A stretch of DNA of 64,000 bases from positions 558,001 to 622,000 of the forward strand of contig NW_003314330.1 in the NCBI RefSeq assembly GCF_000143415.4. The letters run 5' to 3'. This document shows positions 24,390 to 38,962 of the stretch, in pieces. The DNA comes from Selaginella moellendorffii (taxonomy: Eukaryota > Plantae > Lycopodiophyta). Position 1 is the stretch's first letter. The number at the start of each line of letters is the position of its first letter. The notes below the pieces were generated by a model that was not told where the DNA came from, searched no databases, and saw nothing but the letters and a program-made list of their open reading frames with translations. Position numbers and translations under genes: made by a program.

Positions 24390-24865
24390 TGTAACATATG
24401 TGATCATAGGATAAGATTTGGATACATTGTCATTGTGTGTTACATAGTATCAAAGCAATAACACATGTTTAATTCTTATTAATTAGTGGCTACTTAAGGT
24501 ATATAAAATAAAGTTTATTTCTACCCATAAAAATTAGGTATCCATGAGTATGTGTAAGGCATCCATAAACAAAAGGGTTCAATATGGGACTATGGTAGAA
24601 GTAGATAATTAGTTGACTCACATTAAATAGCTAGTTTTTATGATAAAAAGATTGGTAAATTTAGTGTGGAAATAGAGTTATTGGTTGCCCTTGGCTCTAT
24701 AAGAATAGTGAGTTAACGGACATTGAAGGGGGGTAAATATAGTGCATATGATCATGGGATAAAATTCAAATATATAATTATTATAAATTTTAAAACCTAG
24801 GGATATATATAACAAATAATTGCCCTTTTCATTGGTTTAAAAGAAAAAAGATAAATTATATTACA
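24390..24865 (+). mobile_element. Degenerate TRIM, same family as 2978-3750
   Basis: Starts TGTAACATATGTGATCAT, PBS-like TAGTATCAAAGC, PPT GAAGGGGGGG at ~24725, ends TTACA; perfect TSD CTCAA. Confidence 0.78.
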
Positions 24866-27431
24866 CTCAAAATTATTTTCTCTTTGGAATTTTGTACTAT
24901 TATTTTGTCATTAAAATACTTATTAAGTTTATTTCTTCAAAAATCATACTCTTCTTTAATTCTTAGAGCTCTTTCCTTTGCTAAGTGGGATTTTGAAGCA
25001 AAAAAACACATCCAACTAGGAATATCTAGAAGATGACCCTTAACTCTAGTTTAATGTCCTACCCACTAATTCATGTAAAATGCATAAACTTACCTCTTTT
25101 GCCAGTGATTAACTCCTTGCTCTAGTGTTATAAATTTCCAATTTTTTCTTGTTCCTATTCATATAAAAATGTGGTAAAATTTGACCAATCATGGTAATAC
25201 TAATGACATGTGATGATGATGTCATGTGACACCTTATACTTTCTTGGCATATTTATTAGATAATTGTTATTAGGTACTTAAAAGACTAGAGGCTCTTTAG
25301 TCCTATATTGAACCCATACTAGAAATAAGATAGTGAGTAATATTTCCTTATTCTTTCTCTTTTTTTAATTCGTTCTTAAAGGAAATGAAGCTTTTGCATT
25401 TGAGTGTGTTGTAAATAGCCCCAAAATTTAGTTCCCACCATGTTCCAAAAGTAAACCTGATTAATATCAATGCCCAAGTAACAAAGAAACTACTTGATCA
25501 TAGTCACTTGAACAGTTAAAAAAGAAATTTGGAGAAAACTTGGTAGGAGATACATTTTATGGTTTGCTTAATTAAACCTGTAGAGTGGTAGTGGATATAT
25601 CTAGAATATACTTAGAAATTCCTTAGAATTTTACTATCTAATAGTTTTTATTCATTTAGATTAATCTTGCATTTGAAATTTATAAAAAAAATTATAATTT
25701 ATAAAATTTCGTAAACCCTTTCTAGTAAAATTTTTTTTTGTTCTACTATCTAATAGTTTACATGATTTTATGTTATAAATTATAAACATATTTATAATTA
25801 TAAACTTCCATGTGATCAATTGGATTAGTAAATAATAATAACACTACTATAAGCAAACCAAGTGTTGCTGTAAGCAAATTATTAGTAACTAGCACTTGCC
25901 TAGCATATGCTGTGTATGTAGCAAAATACTGTTTTGATTTTTCTAATATATTAATAACTAAGTTGGAATTGTATCAAAAAAGCAAATATTGTGTTCCACT
26001 TTAATTGATGAAATTATGCCTACAAAATGTTATATTGAATACAAAAATTAATTATAGTAAACTTCATAATATAAATATTTAGAAAAACAATATACTCCTA
26101 GGCATAAATAATAATAAATATTCATTAATAGAAATATTAAATACAAATTGTATTTAGAAATATGAATATATCTAGAAAAATACCTGATAAAGAAAAAACT
26201 AAAAATAAAATTTCTATTATTAAAAATATGTTATATGTAAATTATATTTTTACTTGGGATAAACTTATCATGATTTTATCAAATAAAAGAGAATAATTAC
26301 TGCAAGACATTAATTAGCTATACGTTTTACTTAGAATATAAAAAAATAAGTTTTTAGAAACATTAGTATATTACTACCCAAATCTAATCAAGAAAATTAT
26401 TTGTAAATATATATGTTATAGAAGCTATAAATGCAAATCTTATATTCCATAGTATTATGTACTAATAAACTATATTTGCAGTTGTGAGTGCTTGGAATAT
26501 GGAAGGGAATACAAAAAATGTGCATATCAATTAGCCCAAAAACCTTAGCTTATATATAGAAGCGAGTGGTCCGGATTGAAACCAATCCGACGGCTACCAA
26601 AATCCCACTACGCTAATATTAATATACAGCATCGTAGCCGTACACTTGGCCCTCACATCATCCCTTCCTCTCAGAATAATGAAAGACTATCAGGGTTCTC
26701 TTGTAGACGGGCTGGGATCTGGAGGAACATCAGGAGGAGGCATCGGTGGATCTATAGATGGTATTAACTGCTCCTGATCCCTTTGTAAGAAGCATTTCAA
26801 CCGCTGCACATGCACAATCTCTGGAGGATGAACTTGTTGGACGTTATGCTGAACTTCATAAACTTGTGGTTCAACTTGCCGCAACATGCGATATAGTCCT
26901 TTCCACCGCGCAAGGAGCCCTTTAGATAAACCACGTACCGTAAGTAGCAAAAACGGACTAACACCAAATCATCCATTTTGTACTCCGTAGGTGGACGATG
27001 ATGGGAGTTGTAGCGTCATTGTTGTTCCACTTGTACGCGGCCTAAGTGTTTGGCAGATTATGCTCGGACAAGTGAAAGAATGCTTGTTGAATACTGATCT
27101 TACAACCTAGTATTGACAGCTCATGGTAATTGTGAAGGTAAACCTAGCTCCGTTGGTAATATTGGATCATGACTATATAGGAGTTTATATGGTGAAGCAC
27201 CAACAGAACTCTACACTCCTGTGACATACACATATCGAAGAGACGACAAATAACCATCCCAATCCAAATGCTGAAAGTTCACATACTTCGCAATCATCCT
27301 TTTGAATGTCCGAACAAGCTGTTTCACTAGACCGTCTAATTGTAGATGATAAGCACTTGTGAAAGTGTGGCTTATCCCCAACTGAGACATCAAAACATGA
27401 AATGCCTCAGCCATAAATACGGGACTATTAA

Positions 27432-30400
27432 TGTAGTGCACCTGAATTTAGAGCCGAACACCAAGCCTGTTGTGCTACGAAACGAGGGTCCGGTAAAATC
27501 CCACGAGCACCAGCTCTCTGTATCTAGCACCTGCATGCAAAATGGTGTCAGACAGAGTCTGGCACAATTTTGGCATACCGGTGGCCTAACGTGAGGAGGA
27601 GGGTACCCCACCGACTAAAGTAGTGTGGAGCTTGAGCTTAGACCCAAGCCGGATGCAAAACAAGAAGCAACACAACCCAACAGGAGCTAAACTAATATCT
27701 TAGGTGGTCAGACATGCATTCCAACCACTATCCCTACTATATATTTGGAACCCTCCATAGCCCCCTCCCTTAGTATCAGGAGTTAATCTCTAGGACAAGC
27801 TCAAAACTTACTAAATATGGAATGGCGCTAGATTGCAAATTTACGAACACCATTGTGTTCAGGCCAATCTCTACATTCCGTAGAAATGCCAAATGAGCGA
27901 ATTTAGACACTTCCCATAATTAGTATTTAGGATGAAAATGAGACTAACACAAAGGGCATGATAGCGAGGGTGTTTGGCAGACATGATAAGCTATCATCCA
28001 ATGATATTGAGGGACTAGTCTTAACATGCGAGGGTTCTTGCCAAGTTAATGCAAGACAGAGCAAAAGAGAACTAACAAGCCGGGCCAAGTATGCTTGGCT
28101 AAATAGACACTTAAGAATTCCTTCCTTATGCTCATCTGGCCAAGTATAGATGTTAAGTCTAATTTACTAACACTTGGACAAGAGGAGCTAATAAAGGGAA
28201 CTAACAGTACCGACCTCCTGCCGTCATGGTAGTAAGGAAAGAGTGTCCGTAAGGATTGGCTAACAAGTATCTTTCAATACCCGAAGTCACATTCGCGACA
28301 CTCTCCCCCCCTTGGGGAAGATCAATGTCCTCGTCGATGCATACCCAAGTCTAGCAAACCGTCAAGGAAACAACTCCGAAAGTTAACAGAAAGCACACTA
28401 TGTGGGAAACACACCGACTTAAATGAGTGATGGAATGACCTCTCCTCTACGTCCAAAGACGTTAAGACTCAGACACCCTTCGGCCGTCATCGATAAGGAA
28501 ATGACTAACAGAGTTAGCCACCCTTGCTGCTTTAAGTACCACTCGGCTTACAAAGGAATGATACATCCCTGCCCGCAAGGACATAGGGAGAAGGCTAGAG
28601 GCTCAACTTCCCCTGAGCAACAAAGCAACCTCGTCGAGAAGATTTAGACAACTAGTATAAACTAGCAGATTAAGTTGTTTACATGACCATGCCCCTTTTC
28701 AAAAGTGAGTTATCGAGAGAGAGGCAGGGACTTGTGATCAGTCTATAATAGTTATCCCCATGGTTATGGATTGGACCCATGCGTCAAAGTGCCGATGTCA
28801 ACCTGCCAAAACTAACCTAAGTATTAATGAATGAGAGAAACGACACTTTGATTTATAGAAAGATATTACTTTATTAATTTGCAAGGTTTATTACAATATT
28901 TACAAAAGCTAATCTTTATTACGATTCTCATACTTCGTGACAAGCTCATGAGCATATGTAAGATTCCTAAGAGGCTCCCAAGTTGATTCACAAGATGGGT
29001 AACCTTTCCACTTAACTAGATACTCTCGACGTTTGGCACGTTTAAGCCAACACGTACCCAAAATAGCTTCCACTTCATATTCAGGTTCACCATCCACAAC
29101 TTCTGGTGGGGGACAGATCTCCGCTTGACGTGCATCATCCATAGTGTATGGAGCCAAGAGATTGGAAATACATCATGAACATTAGACATCTCTGCAAGAA
29201 AATCCAACTGATAGGATACATTACCGATGTGCCTCAACACCTGATAGGGTCTAACATATCTCAATAACAGCTTCTGAGATAAAGATCCCTTAATGTTCAA
29301 GTTCCAGGAAGATAGCCACACCTGATCTCCCACTTGATAGGATACATCCCGACATGCTGATCCTTATCATGTCGATACCTATCATGAGCTTTGCCCATCG
29401 CCTCAGTAGCCCTTGGGATGATGCATGTCAAGCAGAGCACCAACCTTGGCATAGCTACTCCGCATAAGTCTTAACAGCCAGGACCAACACTTCGGTCATT
29501 GGTTTCGGTACAACAATCTGTTGAGGAACCCCACGAGCATTCCCTTGCAGCATCTCCCATGGAGAACAGCTTATAGCGCTGTGAAATATGTTGTTATAAC
29601 AGATTTCTATTGTATCCAAATGCTCAACCCAGTCGCGTTAGTCTGCAGCGATATAGTACCGTAGATAATCGTCAACTTGAGCAGTCATGCATTCGGTCTA
29701 CCCATTAGTTTGAGGATGATAAGCTGTACTAAATTTCAACTTGGTACCAAACAGCTGGAACAATGTGCCCCAAAACTTCCCCGTAAACCTCAAATCTCTA
29801 TCCGAAATCATCTCTTCAAGGAGACCACAAACCCATACTACTTCATGGAAAAAGAGCTTTGCTGCTTGTTTTGCATTTACTGTTTCCATAGTTGGAATGA
29901 AGTGTGCAATCTTTGACAACCGATTCACAACCACCATCAAAGTATCATAACCCTTCAACTTCGGCAAGCAAATGACAAAATCAAGTGTCACACTCTAAAA
30001 TGGCCATGCCGGTGCTGGAATGCACTACAACTTCCCAACCTACTTCTTAATTCTATGCATACATTGCTAGCATATAGGGTAGGAACGGACATAGTTTGCT
30101 ACATCACCTTCCATACCAAACCAGAAAAATCCCTTTTTCAATGAAGCCAGAGTCTTCTGCTTTCCACCATGTCCCACTGCTAGAACATCATGATGTTCCC
30201 GCAAAAACAACTGCTACAGACCCTTAGAGGGAAGATACAATCTTTCTTGCTTATAGAATATAAGCCCATCCCAAACTGAGAAATGAAGCTTCACATTGGT
30301 TCGACTAGCAACTTTTGTCACTTCACTACCAACGTCTTGCTTCAACAACTCTGCACGGTGCAAGATTGCCTTCGCCAATGGATCACTTCCATATGAAGCT

Positions 30401-30640
30401 CGAACATCCTCTAACCATTCTGAACTGATTGCCAATATTGCCCGGAATTGAGCTTGATGACTCAATGCATCCGGGACAATATTGTCTTTACTAGGTTTAT
30501 ATATGATTTCAATATCATATCTAACAAGCTTCTCTTGCCAAAGAGCTTGCTTCGGCGTAAGCTTAAGCTGCATAGCAAAGTAGCTTAGTGTGTTACTATC
30601 TGTATAAACCTTGGTGTGTCCACCCAAGTAGTGTCTAATC
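27432..30640 (-). mobile_element. Chromovirus (Ty3/gypsy) 3' half: RNase H, integrase, chromodomain, PPT, 3' LTR
   Basis: LTR 27432-28300 followed by CTCTCCCCCCCTT (PPT complement). RNase H HYLGG..VYTD..KQALW; integrase TLDFV..MISDRD..STAYHPQTNG; chromodomain EYEVEAIL..YLVKWKGY..STWEP (28909-29157). 5' half missing. Confidence 0.88.
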
Positions 30641-32499
30641 ATGATCAGAATACTCCTTCATGAGTCGGTCAATAGATGCAACACAAAGATCGTTGGAGGG
30701 ATCGGAAAAGGGAAGAGCAGAACAAGATGGAAACATAGGAGGAAATAGTGGGGGAACAAAAATAATGGAAGCAAAGGTAGAAGTAGAAGGATGAAGAGGT
30801 ATAGAAATGAGAGGAATGGATGAAATATAAAGAAGTATGAGACAAGGGGGAGAAGCCTCAAAGTCACACTTGGCATGATTGTGCTGCAACCAATCCATAC
30901 AAAGAATGAGGTTAAAAGCTTGACTCGGCACCACCTGTAATGACTGCAACTCAAGCTCAAGATCACCCACACGCACAACCAAGTCCGCCTCATCTTGTGC
31001 ACATGCATGTGTACGGCCGTTGCCATAAAGAATGAAAACTAGTTCTTCCGCACGACGCAAGTGTAGACGGCAACATGTGGCAACAGGTCAAGCAATAGAA
31101 AATAAACTCAAACTTGTATCAACCAACATGGAGAGAATAATAGGAGACCTCTTGTTATAAAAATGAGCTTGGAAAGTAAACACTGGATGAACTGGTGCCG
31201 AGTGAACCCCTTGATGATACTCCCGAAAGAAAGATGGAGGGGTCACTAACTTATTCGTGCAAGGTCCCTCTGTTACTCACGTGACTCCTTGTTTCCTGGA
31301 TGCATCTCAGTGTCCAAACCTTCCACTACAACAGCACCAACAAGACATTGCTGACACTAAGGTCTCCACCCAAGAAATGGAGGTTGCCAATCCGGAAAAT
31401 GCCGACAGCGCCGATAAGTATGACCAACTTCATCACACGCTCAGCAGCGAACATCATAGCCACGACCACATCCTCGCCCTTGTCATTGGACTCGAGCAGC
31501 AGCAACATCAACCTCTATTGGAACAGGACCTTCACCCATAGGAAGGGGAGCTGAAGGACGGGCAGCGAGAAGTGAAAGAGGTGACGTCTCATAACGTTGT
31601 GCCAAGCGAAGAGCATTGTCAAGGGTGGCAAGAGCAAGTGCATGCACAAGTCTGACAAGATCTTGACGAAGTGTTGGCCACAACATTCCTAGCTTGATCC
31701 GCTCCGACATATTTGGCTCCGCACGAAACAAAAGACTTTGGAAACGAACACAAAATTGCATCACCGACTTAGATAGCCCTTGGCAAAGACAATGCAATTG
31801 TTGGAAGGCATCATCACAGTCGTCGACATGTTCAAATGCACGTTTGAAGACATTCGGGAGAACACTCCAATCCCCACGAGTGGCTGTGCCTAGACCATTG
31901 TACCATTGCAACGCCGTCCCTTGGAGACACGTGGGAAACTCACACAAATATTGAGCATCATCCCAAGAATTATATATGGCAATCACTGTAAAGTGATTGA
32001 ACCAATAGTACAGATCATCCCCAGATTCCTGCCAAAGAACGCCGGCCGAACGAGAGGATTAGCACCAAGAGCAAGAGGAGTTGTACCACATGTCGTGAAT
32101 GCCGCCATCAACTGAGTTTGGTTGTTCAATTGCAAGTGCATAGCATCAAGCAATTGTACCAACTACCGCTCTAGAGTCAAAGGAGGAGATTGCTGATCTG
32201 CCATGAAGATGGACAAAGAAAAAGCAAAAGAAGAGAAACGACAAAAAGCAAGAAGGAAATGGGAGTGTGAGACAAAAAATCCCTAGGCCCCAAAGTGGAG
32301 CTAAAAGGGTGCCATGTGGTAGTGGTCGAAGCGAAAGCCAAATGAGCATAACACGTTTGGACTAAACATTCCGACTTGAAAGGTCGAAAGTGGGAGTGGA
32401 ACTCCCAATGAAGTGCTCGAGGAACAGGCATGAAGCGAGTAATGAGTGAGTCTTTAGAAAAGGGACACAAGAGAACCAAAACATGACACAAGGAAGAGT

Positions 32500-32945
32500 T
32501 CGAGACAGACCCGAGATGGAGTCCAAGATGGACCCGAGATGGAGTCCGAGAAGGACCCGAGATGGACCCGTGATTGAGTCCGAGACGGACCCGAGATGGA
32601 GTCTGAGATGGACCCGAGATAGACCCGAGATTGAGTCTAAGACGGACCCGAGATGGAGTCCGAGATGGACCTGAGATGGACCCGAGATGGAGTCCAAAAC
32701 AGAGTCCGAGATGGAGTCCAAGATGGACCCGAGATGGAGTACGAGATGGACCCGAGATGGAGTCCGAGATGGACCCGAGATGGAGTCTGAGATGGAGTCC
32801 GAGATGGACCCGAGATGGAGTTCGAAGTCGAGATCGAGACTGAGACCGAGACCGAGACCGAGACCAGAATTGAGACCGAGACCAAGGCCGAGGCCGAGAC
32901 TGAGCCCAAGCCCACGTCCGAGTCCGAGTCCGAGTTCGAGTCTGA
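32500..32945. repeat. Minisatellite/microsatellite inside LTR (CCGAGATGGA[C/GT] 11-12-mers plus GAGACC hexamers)
   Basis: Direct tandem repeats visible in sequence; a paralogous array of different length lies at 38480-38962. Confidence 0.9.
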
Positions 32946-35900
32946 GAGGGTGAAAGCCCAAAGCATTCGTCTCCCAGACTCTGGGGGGTTTGGTGAGTTC
33001 CAAAAGTATAGTAAGGGGGAGGACTGCAGTGGAGCCAGTTTGGCTAGGAAAGGCCAATTTGGCCCAGGAAGGCTATACCCAGGTGTTAGGTGATGAGTTG
33101 ACCACTGGGAAGTCCAAGACTAAAGTGAATACAGACCGACAAGTGGGGTAGCTTGGTAAAGTATTCAAGAGCCAGCTCTAGTTCCCCTGAGAGATCGACT
33201 GGTCGATGCTCCCAATCCAAGTGTGGGTGGCACTACCTACTTGGATACCTGGCGTGGCTCAACGGAACCTCGCTCTAAGCCCATGGCTAAAGCACCCAAA
33301 GGCGGAAGGCAAGGAAAGTACCCATGAGGCCCGCATAAAGCCACGGTGTTCTGAAATATTGTCCCAAAGTCCCAGACTATGGAAAGAAATAGGAGTAGCC
33401 CTTTGGTATGGCGACCAAGGACATAGTCACATAGTGAAGAAGTCCCAAAGGACAACGGGACTTAGTGGTCGGGCCTGTGGGTCTTGATCCATTGGCAGTG
33501 TTGGCAAACACAGCCATAGACAGAAAGGGACTTGGTGGGGACTGGAAAAGGGGTATTGGAAAAGGCTAATCCCTATGTTTGTGGGCATCCTAAGGATGCT
33601 AAGGAGTGGATCTGGGATGATCACTCATGGATGGATGGCCCAGTCCTTGAGAGACGAGACTATGATGCAAGTGGTGTTAGACCACCGGTGCAACCAAGGT
33701 GAAGGGGTATGGCCTTAGTGTAACAGGTTGATATGTTGATGGTACCTTGGGGTGTCGGTCATAGGATCGGACACGTGGAGCACTTGGACCAAGTGCAATG
33801 GTTGAGTGGCATGGATGCCATTCCTGGGGCTAGCAAGTCCCTAAGTCCAGAATAAGACTTACGGAGGTTATGAGTGAAACTCCTCCAATTAGTCGGAGGT
33901 GTGGTTAAATGACTAAAGTAGAATAGAAAATTTAGTCGCTTACAACTTGGTATCGGAGTTGTTCCTTAGTCAGACTCTTATTGGTGGCTAAATATATCAC
34001 CACTTGTATTGAAATTGGAAGGTCCTAGGTGTGGACCTATCCTCGAGGAGGAGCATGTTGAGAGGACATGGCTCTCCACTCAAGTTCATGTGTGAACTTG
34101 TGCATAATGTGTTGGATGGAAAAAGGCCAGTAAGGGAATGACTTTGGGATCTTGGGAACAGTATAAAGTTTCCTCAGAGAGCTGAGGATGTGATTCAGAT
34201 GAGCGTTTAACAAAGCAAACGTGTTAATGTAGTTGTGGTAAACAACTATAGTTGGGATCACGGGAAAGATGCAAACTCTAAAACAATAAAGGAGTCACAA
34301 GATTACCTTCATATAGTTGAGGTTGGTGCTCATAAAGTTGAGACCAGAATTGATGACCATGGGAGGTCAAATACAGAAGAGGACATAAGTCCTTGAAATG
34401 GTAGCCGGGGCTACCTCTAATAAATGCTGGAACAACCCAAGGAGTTGGGGGTGTACTTAAAGGATGAGCTGATATTCTCATCACATGGACAAGTGGTCAT
34501 AAAGGGCAAAAAGTTGCCTCAAGAGAACAAATCAAGTGTCGGAGTAACACTTGCAAAGATGGTCCTTGTGAGTAGGACATAAATGCATGAAGTTGTATTC
34601 TAGCGAGCTGACACTTCAAAAATAAGACCTTACGGGTCATTGGTTTACGAAAGTCCAAAAATGTTGGATGACTCAAGAAGAGTCAAAGAATGGTCCTAAG
34701 GAATTGAGAAAAACATTTAGATTGAGGTGTATGGTGCCCCACGAAGGATGGGGAGGATCGTAAGATCCAAGTATAAAAACAGTAGGTATCTCATGGGTGG
34801 CAGAATGTACCATAATAAAGTCGTGGGAAAGGTGTTCTTAGAAGAAACAACTTTGGCGCAGAGTTGTATGCAAACACTATGGTGCAGTGCTAATGAATAG
34901 TTGGTATGAGAAATGACTGGATTGGTCTTGGCAAAGACCTAGACACAAGTAAGAAGTGTCGTAGATGTAAGCTCGTGGAGCCAATGGTGTAGAAACACCG
35001 AATGTGCTAAGGCATGTTGCCTTGAGATCAAGTTGGTGAGTTCATGGGAACCCCTTTCAAAGGAATCCCAATGGAAATGGGAATGGCATAACTTAAGCTG
35101 GAAAACATACAATTAAAGTGTGGTGACCCAAATAATGATAGAGGTGTGGAAGCACCAACAATGAGTTGTAGGACTTGATAACTATGAGGCAACTAAGCAA
35201 AAGGTGCAAAATAATTGGTTAAACTAGTAAAAGGACCTAAAACTTTTTATTGGGATAAGGAAGTTAGATATACCCTTATAGGGGATGAATTGCTTATGTT
35301 GCGATATAGTAAATCAATATCATAAAGGGAATGTTCATTGTTAGAGAGGCCATCATTGGGACACCCAAACACTCTAAAACACTAGGAGGTGGTGTTTGGT
35401 GTCATGAGGGCAAAAGATAAGGCCTAAGGGACAAAGTCCCTAACGACTGATGGATAGAAGATGCTATCCAAACATCCAAGGTTGCAGAGATGGGAAAAGA
35501 CTATCTACTCGAATTGGACAAAGCCAAAATGGAATTTTGGGAAGGCTAATAATGGGCATATAGAGGCCCATAAGTAGCAACATGAATCCTGGTGTGTGGG
35601 ATTATAAGGTGAGCATGCCCAGATTGAGGAATCACTCCCTAAATTCTATTCACTCGAGCTCATGATATACCATTGGTCTCACTTGGGATTCTCATATGTT
35701 GCCTTGCATGCCATCTGTTCACAGTCACTCACCCACACACTATCTGATTTTCGTCCGATCAGATATTAGGTAGGTTCATCCCTATAAATACTTGTTAAGG
35801 CATGGTAGAAGGTGCAAAGTTATCCTCTTATTTTGGAGGAGAATAACCAAAGGAAGCATATGAGGCCAAAAGGCAAGTAGTATTGGGATGAAACTAAACC

Positions 35901-38479
35901 ATAGAAATCGAAGGGCATAACTAACAGTGGTTATACAAATCGGGAGTGGAGAATCAAGAGAGTGCTCAAGGATGTTGTTGCTAGCAACTGCGATGCTATG
36001 GAGAGTCTAAAATGTGGAATTATCCATGTTAGACCATATGGTGAGTAGGGAGCTTGCAAAAGAGAAGCCTTAACAAGTTAAGGAACAGAGTTCCTTAAAA
36101 GTTCCCAAAGACAATTCTAGGTGGATAAGTACCTAGAAAGCCAAGTGTAAATGGTTCCTAGAGCGTGCAAAATCAGAGTGGCACAACAGAACCGTGGTCT
36201 TGAATCTGGCCATGAGGCGAGGCTATTAAGGTTGGGGAAGTAGTTCCCAAGTGTTCAAAGAGAGGGTTTTGAACGAAAGTCGATGGTTAAGGACTTTCAC
36301 GCTTATGCATGAACCATGTTACGGTGGCCGGATAATTTGCTAAGTGAGATTGGCAAGTCAGGGGAACAAATCCCCTAGTCAAAGGTGCTAACTTCAAAAG
36401 GGGGCGGCCCATGAGGCTGAGCATGGAGGAGTCCATGCATGATCACAAACTTGCCAAGTGAGAGGACTTGGCAGTGCGGAGGAACTAGGTTCCTAAGCTG
36501 TGATCTATAACGCGCTTTAAATACATGTTGGTGCACCAGCGTGGGGAGTCATGCCAGGCATCTTGTGTGATGCCTTCCGTAGATGCATATACAGAGGTTG
36601 GGTTCGAGTCCCGACCCTCAAGTGCTTGGGTTCGAGTCCCAAATCACTAAGGCGTGGTGATGGTTTGGAATATGAGGACACTCATTTTTCGGTGGTCATG
36701 GACTCTCAGTGAGGAGACTAGTTTAGACACACTGCCAAGCGAGGGATGCCTCGGAATCGTGATGCATGGTTAAATTGCTTAGTGCGAAAGCTTGGCATAT
36801 CTAACTTGAATACTTTGGTGCAAGTGGCACCAAGGATGTGATGAGTGAGATGGGGACACTTAATCTCAGTTGCCATGGACCCTTGGCCGTAAGGGCTGAC
36901 TTGGGTGCACCGCCAAGTGTGGGGGATGCCCTCGGGGTCATGCTCAACAACTTAAAGGTCTAGAAGACCAAGTACCTCTTGGCAACTCTGTTAAGGTGCC
37001 AAAGTGTGATTACTAGGTAATCTTGTGGCTAAATAAGGATAAGGTCCTTGGTTGGGTAAGGAATGAAGTTCCTTGTTCAAAGTGTTAATTTGAACTGTTT
37101 ATGATAGTGTGGCTTGGTCAAGATGACCAAGTGGGAAGAGCACCTAAGGGAAATAAGCTGTGTCCATATGATGGCATAGTGAGTCTGAGGAAAGTAGTCT
37201 TTATAAAAGACCCATGGCATAAAACAAAGCTATAGCAGAAAATGATAAAGAGACATACTAGGGGTAAACACCCTTTAGCCTTGGCAAAGCAAAGTCTTTG
37301 CTATGGAACCGAAAGGATTCCTTGAGAATGGAGGTAGTGATCTGATGTTGCTGGGTGCAACAATCAAGGATAGGAGCAAAAGACTAGTGGCTAAGAAAAG
37401 AGTTATGGGAATCATGGGAAAGAATCCAAAAGGCAAAGTTAGGCCAAAAACACTAATGTGTTGTGTGCTAACGAATTGTGAGAAAGGCAATGTGTTTCCA
37501 AGGATGGATTCCCAATTGCTCTGATTTGCCGAAAGTGGAAGCTCCAAAGGAAGGAGCGGTAAGGTAGCCAAATAATAGGGCCATGGACAGGCCTAGCACA
37601 AATTATAATAACTAGAACTTAGTGCCCAAGATGGCACTAAATAAAGAGAGGATGATAATGCCCTCAAGTAGAGAACTTTTTAGGATGAGGAAGTGGAGTT
37701 GCACAATATGTGCAATGCAAGGTGTTGGAGACATCTAGGAAATTGACTTCGAGAAGTCAAAAGCAAAAGTTCCAAAGTGCAAAGGTTATATCGATGCAAA
37801 AATCACTTGTGAATTCCAAACATGCCTAGCACTAGGAATCACAAATAGATCTTTTTAATGATTGTAGAGGCTTTGAGCCTAAACAATACTGAATGAAGAA
37901 GCTCTTTTTGCAATTGCAATGGCTTAATGCCTAGACAATGCAAAAAAGTTTTTTAACCGTTTTTTAACCGTTACTGAGAAGGAGTAGTGGGATTGAGATA
38001 GAGACGGTGTTTCTAACAAATTAGCGAGAACTAAATTAAGAGCCACTAAAAGTGGTCCAACCAGTCTTTAAGTTGGAGAGACTATGCTCCTTAAAGGATG
38101 GGCAAGGCATGGTGAGCCTTTGGTATCAAACCAATGATGAATATTGGTGAAGTGCCAAGAATGGAAAGGGTAATACATGTTGGTATTACTTTATAAAATA
38201 GTTTATCATTTGATGAGGACATCAAACTTCGTTTATGGGTGGTGGAGTTGTGAGACACAAAATCCCTAGGCCCCAAAGTGGAGCCGAAAGGGTGCCACAT
38301 GGTAGTGGCCGAAGCGAAAGCCAAATGAGCGTAACACGTGTGGACTAAAAGCTCCGACTTGAAAGGTCGAGAGCTAGAGTGGAACTCCTAATGAAGTGCT
38401 CAAGGAATAAGTATGAAGTGAGCAATGAGTGAGTCTCTAGAAAAGGGACACAAGAGGACCAAAACATGACACGAGGAAG

Positions 38480-38962
38480 AGTCCGAGACGGACCCGAGAT
38501 GGAGTTTGAGATGGACCCGAGATGGACCCGAGATGGACCCGAGATTGAGTCCGAGACAAACCCGAGATGGAATCCGAGATGGACCCGAGATGGACCCGAG
38601 ATGGAGTCCAAGATGGAGTCCGAGATGGACCCGAGATGGACCCAAGATTAAGTCCGAGACAGACCTGAGATGGAGTCCGAGATGGACCCAAGATGGACCC
38701 GAGATGGAGTCCGAGATGGACCTGAGATGGAGTCCGAGATGGACCCAAGATGGAGTCCAAAGTCGAGACTGAGACCGAGACTGGAACCGAGACCGAGACC
38801 GAGACTGGAACCGAGACCGAGACCAAGGCTGAGGCTGAGACCGAGACCAAGGCCGAGGCCGAGACTGAGACCAAGGCCGAAGCTGAGACCGAGACCAAGG
38901 CCGAGGCCGAGACCGAGCCCAAGCTTGAGTCCGAGTCCAAGTCCGAGTCTGAGTTCGAGTCT
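38480..38962. repeat. Minisatellite/microsatellite inside the 3' LTR
   Basis: Same units as 32500-32945 with extra 24-bp GAGACC/AAGGCC blocks. Confidence 0.9.

Noticed and set aside
25500-26482. Very AT-rich tract (continues 40286-40770)
   Set aside because: No ORF, repeat unit or termini resolved; probably decayed non-autonomous element split by the gypsy insertion.
32500-32830. Regular repeats superficially like a CRISPR array
   Set aside because: Contiguous tandem units without unique spacers, eukaryotic LTR context, no cas genes.
32362-33093. ORFs with (ET)n, (RP)n, (LG)n repeats (also 38345-39112)
   Set aside because: Translations of an LTR minisatellite, open in many frames on both strands; not genes.
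33960-38240. Coding capacity in the LARD-like internal region
   Set aside because: No ORF above ~100 aa and no recognisable RT/INT motifs.
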